Below are positions 18,104 through 24,896 of a stretch of DNA of 29,968 nt, one piece after another. Position 1 is the stretch's first letter. Every line of letters starts with the position of its first letter. The notes under the pieces were generated by a model. That model was not told where the DNA came from and searched no databases. It saw only the letters and a program-made list of their open reading frames with translations. The stretch comes from Gemmatimonadota bacterium (GTDB lineage: Bacteria; Gemmatimonadota; Gemmatimonadetes; Longimicrobiales; RSA9): assembly GCA_040905425.1 (NCBI GenBank), contig JBBDRO010000067.1, positions 51,760-81,727 of the forward strand, given 5' to 3'. The position numbers and the translations under genes are program-made.

Positions 18104-19315
18104 ATGTTGCGGAAGGGTATCGTGAGTCTGCTGACGCTCCTGCTGCTGGCGGCGCCGTTCAGCCGCGCCGAGGCCATCCCGGCCTTCGCGCGCAAGTACG
18201 GGGTCTCCTGCTCGCTCTGTCACGCTCCCGCGCCGCGGCTGACGCCGTTCGGCGAGGACTTTGCCGCCAAGGGCTTCCAGTTCAGCCTGGACGAGGCGCC
18301 CGCTGACACGATCGACACCGGTGACGAGCAGCTCCACCTGCTGGAGAACATTCCGCTGGCCATCCGGCTGGACGCCTACGTGCAGGCCCTGACCGAGTCA
18401 CCGGCGGCCGCGTCGGACCTGCAGGCACCCTGGCTGATCAAGCTGCTCTCCGGCGGCCAGATTGCCAACAAGGTCAGCTACTACCTGTATTTCTTCATGT
18501 CCGAGCGGGGCGAGGTGGCGGGCCTCGAGGACGCCTATGTGCAGTTCAGCGATCTCTTCAGCTCGGGCGTGGACCTGCTGGTGGGCCAGTTCCAGGTTTC
18601 CGATCCGCTCTTCAAGCGGGAGCTGCGGTTGGAGTACGAGGATTATCAGGCCTACCGCGTGCGCGTGGGTAACACACGGGCGGACCTCACCTACGACCGG
18701 GGCCTGATGGCCGCCTTCTCACCATGGGCGGACGCGGACATGTCCGTGCAGCTCCTGAACGGCCGCGGGCTGGACGAAGCGGACGAAACCAAGACCTACG
18801 ACAGGGATGACAGGAAGAACGTGGCAGCCCGCTTCTCCCAGGGGTTCGGTCCGCTCCGGGTGGGCGTATTCGGTTACTACGGCAGCGAGACGGGCAGCCT
18901 CACCGGGGGCACGCCGCTGGACAACGAGTTCCTGGTCTACGGCCCGGACCTGACGCTTTCCCTGGCCACGAATTTCGAACTCAACGCCCAGTTCCTGCGC
19001 CGTACCGACGAGCGGCCCTTCTTCGAGTTGGAGCAGGCGGACACGGACGTGGACATGGGCTTTGCCGAGCTGGTCTGGTCCCCCCACGGCCCCGCCGGGC
19101 GGTGGTTCTTTACAGGCCTCTACAACCACGTGGAGGCGGATCAGCCGCTGTTCACGGTGCGTCAGGGGGAGGATAGCCTGCTGGACAGCTACCGGTCGGC
19201 TGCCGTGGGGGCCAACTACCTGCTGGCGCGGAACCTCCGCCTCACGGGGGAGCTACAATATGACCTGGAGCGGGAGGGCATGCGCCTGGTGGCGGGCTTC
19301 ATGTCGGCATTCTGA
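18104..19315 (+). CDS. cyc2: Cyc2-like fused monoheme cytochrome c / outer-membrane beta-barrel porin
   Basis: Signal peptide ending AEA, then 'AIPAFARKYGVSCSLCHAPAPRL' (AxPxFAR[QK][TY], CxxCH and PxL motifs of Cyc2). The remainder is amphipathic beta-strands ending in Phe. GAGGAGG RBS at 18091-18097. Confidence 0.82.
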   Translation: MLRKGIVSLLTLLLLAAPFSRAEAIPAFARKYGVSCSLCHAPAPRLTPFGEDFAAKGFQFSLDEAPADTIDTGDEQLHLLENIPLAIRLDAYVQALTESPAAASDLQAPWLIKLLSGGQIANKVSYYLYFFMSERGEVAGLEDAYVQFSDLFSSGVDLLVGQFQVSDPLFKRELRLEYEDYQAYRVRVGNTRADLTYDRGLMAAFSPWADADMSVQLLNGRGLDEADETKTYDRDDRKNVAARFSQGFGPLRVGVFGYYGSETGSLTGGTPLDNEFLVYGPDLTLSLATNFELNAQFLRRTDERPFFELEQADTDVDMGFAELVWSPHGPAGRWFFTGLYNHVEADQPLFTVRQGEDSLLDSYRSAAVGANYLLARNLRLTGELQYDLEREGMRLVAGFMSAF

Positions 19316-19346
19316 CTTCGACAATCTGACTCGGGAGTGGGACGTA

Positions 19347-19712
19347 ATGAAGCGCATGATGACAGGCGCGGGCGGGCTCGGGATGGCTCTGCTCCTCGCG
19401 GCCGCGGCATGGCCGGGTGACGCCCAGGATCCGGGCAAGGCCATCTTCACGGGCAAGGGGACCTGCTTTGCCTGCCACGGTGCCGAGGGGCAGGGCACGC
19501 CGATCGGCCCGGCGCTTACGGACAGCACCTGGATCAACTTCGAGAAGCGGCCCACGGTGGAGGAGCTGCAGAAGCTGGTGAAGGCGGGCGTGGCGGAGCC
19601 GGTCGAGTTCCCCGCGGCCATGCCGCCCATGGGTGGCGGCCAGCTCTCCGACGCCGAGATCGCGGCCGTGGCTGGCTACGTCCTGAAGCTGAGTGCCCCG
19701 CCCGGAAGCTGA
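19347..19712 (+). CDS. Periplasmic monoheme class I cytochrome c
   Basis: Signal peptide, 'GKAIF...TCFACHG', 'GPAL', distal Met 'AMPPMG', 'LSDAEIAAVAGYV'. GGGAG RBS. Confidence 0.92.
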   Translation: MKRMMTGAGGLGMALLLAAAAWPGDAQDPGKAIFTGKGTCFACHGAEGQGTPIGPALTDSTWINFEKRPTVEELQKLVKAGVAEPVEFPAAMPPMGGGQLSDAEIAAVAGYVLKLSAPPGS

Positions 19713-19740
19713 CGCGCGGCGCACTCCCTGCATGAGCGGG

Positions 19741-19771
19741 CTACCGCGGCCGGAAGAGCCGGCCGCGGTAG
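19741..19771. terminator. Perfect 13-bp hairpin after the cytochrome pair
   Basis: CTACCGCGGCCGG-AAGAG-CCGGCCGCGGTAG. The U-tail is weak. Confidence 0.65.
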
Positions 19772-19849
19772 TGTGGTGTAGCCGAATTCTCGTGTAGCAC
19801 CGAGGGCGCGAATGCGCCCCCTCACGACACGAGCCTGAAGGGGGGAAGC

Positions 19850-20443
19850 ATGCGTGAACCACACACCCGTATCCTGACCGCGCTGATCCTCATGGTTGCC
19901 GCCGGCTGCGGCGGTGACGACGAGGACACCACGGACACCGCCCTGGCCGATTCGGTGGCCGCGGCGGCCGCCGCGGCCTCGGCCGACTCGGCCAGCCGCG
20001 CCGCCACGGAGGGTCTGCGGGCATACTTCGACAGCGGCCCGCTCGCCGCGGGCGCCACGCGGGAGGAAGTGCGGAGCCGCTTCGGGGAGCCGCGCGAGGT
20101 ACGCGTGGAAACGGAGCCGAACCGGCACGTGCCGGATGCCGTGGACTCGCTCTTCCACATGCTCTACGATGACGTGGAGGTCACGCTCCGCCAGGCCCAG
20201 TCCAACACGCTGCTGGAATCCGTGGTGGTACGCTCCAATGACCGCCTGGGCAGCGCTCCCCCGCTCATCGGCGCCTCGGACGCCGAGCTCCGCCAACGCT
20301 TCGGCGAGCCGGAGGGCACGCCCGAAGGCCACTTCCTCTACCGCTGCGAGACGTGCAGCGAGCTGGGAGGCAACGTGGTGATCTTCCGGCTGGGCAAGGG
20401 CGGGACGGTGGAGGCCATCGAGATCCGCCACCCGGTGGACTGA
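19850..20443 (+). CDS. Hypothetical lipoprotein with two SmpA/BamE-like internal repeats
   Basis: Lipobox AAGC, acidic/Ala linker, repeats 'GATREEVRSRFGEP' and 'GASDAELRQRFGEP'. Confidence 0.75.
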   Translation: MREPHTRILTALILMVAAGCGGDDEDTTDTALADSVAAAAAAASADSASRAATEGLRAYFDSGPLAAGATREEVRSRFGEPREVRVETEPNRHVPDAVDSLFHMLYDDVEVTLRQAQSNTLLESVVVRSNDRLGSAPPLIGASDAELRQRFGEPEGTPEGHFLYRCETCSELGGNVVIFRLGKGGTVEAIEIRHPVD

Positions 20444-20521
20444 ACAGCGCGCGGAGGAACCCGTGCGCGCCGGGGCAGGTAGCTGGCGTGAACCGGCCGC
20501 CGCCGCCACCGTAAAGGGATC

Positions 20522-21151
20522 ATGCGCCTTCGCCCCGGTACCGCCCTCGTCCTGCTGCTGACCGCCGCCCAGGCGGCCTGCGCGAATGTGGTGTATGTGA
20601 ACGCGCCCATGGGGCGCTACGACGAACTGGGCGCACGCCTCGAAGGGGCCGCCGGCAGCCGCCAGCGGCTCATCCTGGAGCGGCCGGCCTGCGTGGCGCT
20701 GCTCGACGTGGTGGTGGTGGACCCCGCCCGCGGCCGGCCGCCCTACCACATTTTCTTCGGTGATTATCCGGCGGACGCCCGCCAGAACCGCTGCTTCCAG
20801 GCCGCGGTGCACCGGTTTCCGCTGGACCGCTCCGCTTTCAGCCAGCGCTTCCCGCCCGCATGCGCACAGGGTGAGAAGCCCCGGTTGGACGGCTGCAGGG
20901 AAGGGCTGGCACGCAGTCTGGGCCAGGGTGCGCAGTGGCAGCTCAAACTCCTGCTGGCCTCGGACCTGCCCCTCGACCCGTTCCTGATCGCGCACGAACT
21001 GAACCTGGCCACCATCGACATGGACGAGCTGGGCCACGCCCTCTGGCAGGGGGACGTGGCGCTGGCCAGCCGGACCATTGCCGAACTGGTGGCCGACATC
21101 CCCGGCTCCCCCCTATGGTCCGGGGTCCTGCGCATGCGAGAGGTGCGCTGA
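20522..21151 (+). CDS. Hypothetical exported protein, possible lipoprotein with five Cys
   Basis: AAAGGGA RBS, hydrophobic signal ending QAAC, GC3-rich codons. No family recognised. Confidence 0.65.
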   Translation: MRLRPGTALVLLLTAAQAACANVVYVNAPMGRYDELGARLEGAAGSRQRLILERPACVALLDVVVVDPARGRPPYHIFFGDYPADARQNRCFQAAVHRFPLDRSAFSQRFPPACAQGEKPRLDGCREGLARSLGQGAQWQLKLLLASDLPLDPFLIAHELNLATIDMDELGHALWQGDVALASRTIAELVADIPGSPLWSGVLRMREVR

Positions 21152-21209
21152 GCCCCGCCGGCGTGGTAGCTTTGCCTTCGTCGAACGCCTCACCCACAGG
21201 ATGTCAGCC

Positions 21210-22610
21210 ATGCACCGGACCGCTGCCCTGACCGCCGCCCTGGCGGTGTCTCTCCTCCTGCCTGGCACGGGTGCCGGCCAGCGCACGCCGGCCGCCATCC
21301 AGCAGGCCTATGGTGCCACGGCGGAGCGTATCATTACGGCGGCACTGGCCGACAGCGCCGCCTACGACCGGCTCAGCTACCTGACGGACCGCTTCGGCCA
21401 CCGTTTCAGCGGCTCGGAGAGCCTGGAGCGCGCCCTCGACTGGATGCTCGAGGAGATGCGCGCCGACGGGCTGGAGAACGTGCGCGGTGAGCCGGTCATG
21501 GTGCCCCGCTGGGTACGCGGCGCCGAGTCGGCGCGTATGGTGGGGCCGCGCTCCCAGGCGCTGCCCATGCTCGGGCTGGGTGGCAGCGTGGGCACGCCCG
21601 CGGGCGGCCTCACGGCGGAGGTACTGGTGGTGGGTAGCTTCGACGAACTGCGCGACCGGGCCGCGGAGGCCGCCGGCAGGATCGTGGTCTACGACGCGCC
21701 CTTCGTCACCTACGGACAGACGGTCCAGTACCGCACCCAGGGGGCCATCGAGGCCGCCCGGGTGGGGGCCGTGGCCTCCCTGATCCGGTCGGTGGGTCCG
21801 TTCGGCATGAAGACGCCGCACACGGGGGGCATGAGCTACGAGGAAGGCGTGCCGCGCATCCCGCACGCGGCGCTGGCCATGGAGGACGTGATGATGCTGC
21901 GCCGCCTGCAGGAGCGGGGCGAGCGGCCGGTGGTGCAGCTGCGCATGGAGGCCCGTACCCTGCCCGACGTGATGTCCCGCAACGTGGTGGCCGAGCTGGT
22001 AGGCCGCGAGCTTCCCGAGGAGATCGTGGTGCTCGGCGGCCACAGCGATTCGTGGGACGTGGGCCAGGGCGCCATGGACGACGCGGGCGGCGTGGTGGCC
22101 GCGTGGGAGGCCGTGCGCCTGCTCAAGGCGCTGGACCTGCGGCCGCGCCGCACGATTCGTGTGGTGGCGTGGACCAACGAGGAGAACGGCCTGCGCGGCG
22201 CCCGCGCCTACGCCGCCGAGCACGCCGATGAGGTGGCGCGCCACGTGCTGGCCATCGAATCGGACAACGGCGCCTTCATGCCGAGCGGCGTGAGCTTCAC
22301 CGGCAGTCCGGCAGCCACGGCCATCATCGAGGCCATCGGACGGCTGCTGGCGCCGATCGACGCCACCACCGTGGCACCGGGCGGCGGCGGCGCGGACATC
22401 GGTCCGCTCATGGAGCGGGGGGTGCCCGGCATGGCCCCGCTGGTGGACGGCACGCGCTACTTCTGGTATCACCACACCCACGCGGACACGGTGGACAAGC
22501 TGGACCCGGACGAAGTGGCGCGTGTGACCGCCGTAATGGCGGTCATGGCGTACGTGGTGGCCGACCTGGAGGAGACCCTGCCGCGCAGCCCGGTGGGCGG
22601 CGCCCGATGA
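21210..22610 (+). CDS. M28 family metallopeptidase, carboxypeptidase Q-like, with PA domain
   Basis: 'FGHRFSGS', 'VPRWVRG', 'TPHTG', 'GGHSDSWDVGQGAMDDAGG', 'WTNEENG', 'AIESD', 'YFWYHHTHADT'. Start at 21201 or 21210. Confidence 0.93.
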   Translation: MHRTAALTAALAVSLLLPGTGAGQRTPAAIQQAYGATAERIITAALADSAAYDRLSYLTDRFGHRFSGSESLERALDWMLEEMRADGLENVRGEPVMVPRWVRGAESARMVGPRSQALPMLGLGGSVGTPAGGLTAEVLVVGSFDELRDRAAEAAGRIVVYDAPFVTYGQTVQYRTQGAIEAARVGAVASLIRSVGPFGMKTPHTGGMSYEEGVPRIPHAALAMEDVMMLRRLQERGERPVVQLRMEARTLPDVMSRNVVAELVGRELPEEIVVLGGHSDSWDVGQGAMDDAGGVVAAWEAVRLLKALDLRPRRTIRVVAWTNEENGLRGARAYAAEHADEVARHVLAIESDNGAFMPSGVSFTGSPAATAIIEAIGRLLAPIDATTVAPGGGGADIGPLMERGVPGMAPLVDGTRYFWYHHTHADTVDKLDPDEVARVTAVMAVMAYVVADLEETLPRSPVGGAR

Positions 22611-23944
22611 AGCTGCGCTCCCGGATGCCCGACGTACGCCGCGTGGTTTGTATGCGACGTCGCTTAAGATCGTTCCTGCTGCTCCTCACGCTCCTGACCC
22701 TGCCATCCGCGCTGGCTGCGCAGACGGAACCGGCCGAGGCGGCGAGCGCCGAGGGCGGCCACCTCACCGTCTACCTCATGACCATGGGGCCGGGGCAGCT
22801 CGTATGGGAGCGCTTCGGGCACAACGCCATCTGGATCTCGGACGCCGCGGCGGGTACGGACCTGGCCTACAATTTCGGCATCTTCGACTTCGACCAGGTG
22901 GATTTCATCCCGCGCCTCATGCGCGGGAACATGCTCTACACCATGAAGCCGTACGACGCCGACGCCACCGTGCGCGGCTACAGCGCCGTGGACCGTTCGG
23001 TGTGGATCCAGGAACTCAACCTCACGGGTGCGCAGAAGGTGGCGCTGCAGGAGTTCCTGCAATGGAACGCGCTGCCCGAGAACGCGGACTACCCGTACGA
23101 TTACTACCGGGACAACTGCTCCACGCGGGTCCGTGACGCGCTCGACCGGGCGCTGGACGGGCAGCTGACGGCGCTGCTGCGCGCCACGTCCACGCCCGAG
23201 AGCTACCGCTCCCAGACCCAGCGACTCAGCTCATCGGACCTGCCGGCGTACACGGGGTTGCTGCTGGCCATGGGTCATCCGGCGGACCAGCCGCTGAGCG
23301 CGTGGGAGGACAGCTTCGTACCCATGCGTCTGGCGGCGCACCTCCGGGACGTGCGCGTGGTGGACGAGGCGGGCCAGCGCCAGCCGCTGGTCCTCTCCGA
23401 GCGGGTGCTCTACGAATCCACGCTCCCGCCACCCCCGGCCGAGCAGCCGCGCTGGCTCTGGTGGTTCGTGCTGGCCGGTGTGCTCATGGGGCTCTTCTTC
23501 CTGCTGGTGGGAAGCAGGCTGGGCAGCTCGAAGCAGGCCCGGACCGTCTTCGGCGCCACGGCCACGCTGTGGACGCTGGCCGGCGGGATTCTGGGCACGC
23601 TGATCCTCCTGCTCTGGGCCCTCACGGGCCACGTCTTCACCTACTGGAACGAGAACCTGCTGCAGTTCAATCCGCTGACGCTCGTGCTGGCGGGCCTCAT
23701 CCCGCTGGCGCTCTTCGAGCGGGCGTGGGCCTCGCGCGCCGCCGCCACCACGGCCCTGCTGGCGGTGGGGCTGTCGGCGCTGGGACTGGTGCTGCAGCTC
23801 GCGCCGGGGCTGGATCAGCCCAACGGTGAGATCATTGCCCTGGCCTTCCCCGCGCACGTGGCGCTGGCGTGGACGCTGGTGCGCTGGCACCAGTTCCAGG
23901 GCGAGCGCCAGCAGATGCGCCGCGTGGCCCGCCGCCGCCGCTGA
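22607..23944 (+). CDS. DUF4105 (Lnb-type N-terminal periplasmic domain) protein with C-terminal TM bundle; candidate lipoprotein N-acyltransferase
   Basis: 'FGHNAIWI', 'YNFGIFDF', 'QELNLT', 'YDYYRDNCSTRVRD', then about 5 TM helices. Start overlaps the M28 stop (ATGA); alternative ATG at 22652. Confidence 0.82.
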   Translation: MKLRSRMPDVRRVVCMRRRLRSFLLLLTLLTLPSALAAQTEPAEAASAEGGHLTVYLMTMGPGQLVWERFGHNAIWISDAAAGTDLAYNFGIFDFDQVDFIPRLMRGNMLYTMKPYDADATVRGYSAVDRSVWIQELNLTGAQKVALQEFLQWNALPENADYPYDYYRDNCSTRVRDALDRALDGQLTALLRATSTPESYRSQTQRLSSSDLPAYTGLLLAMGHPADQPLSAWEDSFVPMRLAAHLRDVRVVDEAGQRQPLVLSERVLYESTLPPPPAEQPRWLWWFVLAGVLMGLFFLLVGSRLGSSKQARTVFGATATLWTLAGGILGTLILLLWALTGHVFTYWNENLLQFNPLTLVLAGLIPLALFERAWASRAAATTALLAVGLSALGLVLQLAPGLDQPNGEIIALAFPAHVALAWTLVRWHQFQGERQQMRRVARRRR

Positions 23945-24042
23945 TGGCGCGGGCTGCCGCGCCGGAGTTCCGCTGCTAGCGCGCCGGTTTCCCGCTGCTG
24001 CCGCACCGCATTCCGCCAGACCCGCACTTCCCCTCCGCGCCG

Positions 24043-24058
24043 TGGCACTACCCTTGCT
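24043..24058 (+). promoter_or_regulatory. Sigma-54 (-24/-12) promoter upstream of the OmpA lipoprotein
   Basis: TGGCAC-TACCC-TTGCT matches TGGCAC-N5-TTGCW. It is intergenic, correctly oriented and about 60 nt before the ATG. Confidence 0.75.
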
Positions 24059-24116
24059 CCTGATGGGGGTGAATCTACACACAGGAACGTTCAATCTCCG
24101 GACGAGGGGAATCATC

Positions 24117-24797
24117 ATGACATACACGTTTCGCTCCGCTACCGCGGTGCTGGCGGTGGCTGCGCTGGTGCCGCTGGCGGGCTGCTCCGGAATGAACCCG
24201 ACGCAGCGTGGCGCCGTCATCGGCGCCGCGGGTGGCGCCGCGGCCGGCGCCGTCATCGGCAAGGTGGCCGGCTCCACGGCCAAGGGCGCCATCATCGGCG
24301 CGGCGGTGGGCGGTACGGCGGGAGCCATCATCGGCTCGCGCATGGACGACCACGCCGAGGAGATGGCCAGCGAGCTACCCAACGCCCGCGTGGAGCGGGT
24401 AGGTGAGGGCATCCTGGTCACCTTCGACTCGGGCATCCTGTTCGATTTCGACTCCGCCGTGGTGAAGGGTTCCGCGCGCGAGAACCTGAACGAACTGGCC
24501 GCGCATCTCGAGCAGAATGCCGAGACGGAGGTCCTGGTGGTCGGTCATACCGACGCGCAGGGCACCGACGAGTACAACGAGCGGCTCTCGCAGCGGCGCG
24601 CCGAGGCGGCGGCCAGCTATCTGGCGCAGCAGGGCGTGAATTACACGCGCATCCGCACCACGGGGCTGGGGGAGAGCGAGCCGGTGGCCAGCAATGACTC
24701 CGAGACCGGGCGGCAGGAGAATCGCCGCGTAGAGGTGGCCATCTTCGCCAGCGAGGAGTACCGCGCCGAGATGATCCGCCAGCACGGCGGCCAGTAG
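24117..24797 (+). CDS. OmpA-family peptidoglycan-binding lipoprotein with glycine zipper (YiaD-like)
   Basis: Lipobox LAGC, glycine zipper 'GAVIGAAGGAAAGAVIG', 'ILFDFDS', 'VGHTD', 'NERLSQRRA', 'NRRVEV'. GAGGGG RBS. Confidence 0.95.
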   Translation: MTYTFRSATAVLAVAALVPLAGCSGMNPTQRGAVIGAAGGAAAGAVIGKVAGSTAKGAIIGAAVGGTAGAIIGSRMDDHAEEMASELPNARVERVGEGILVTFDSGILFDFDSAVVKGSARENLNELAAHLEQNAETEVLVVGHTDAQGTDEYNERLSQRRAEAAASYLAQQGVNYTRIRTTGLGESEPVASNDSETGRQENRRVEVAIFASEEYRAEMIRQHGGQ

Positions 24798-24814
24798 GAT
24801 CGAGGCTGGATCAG

Positions 24815-24874
24815 CCCGCCGTCCAGCCCGGATGGCGGGACAGCGGCCCCCGCGGCACCAAGCCACGGGGGCCG
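24815..24874. terminator. Pair of hairpins between convergent genes
   Basis: CCCGCCGTCC-AGCCC-GGATGGCGGG (24815-24839, G-U pairing on +) and CGGCCCCCGCGGC-ACCAA-GCCACGGGGGCCG (24844-24874, G-U pairing on -), one fitting each transcript. Confidence 0.6.
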
Positions 24875-24896
24875 TTCTCTGTCCAGGCTGTCCTTG

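Noticed and set aside
20345..20356. CETC as a heme c site
   Set aside because: Followed by Ser, not His.
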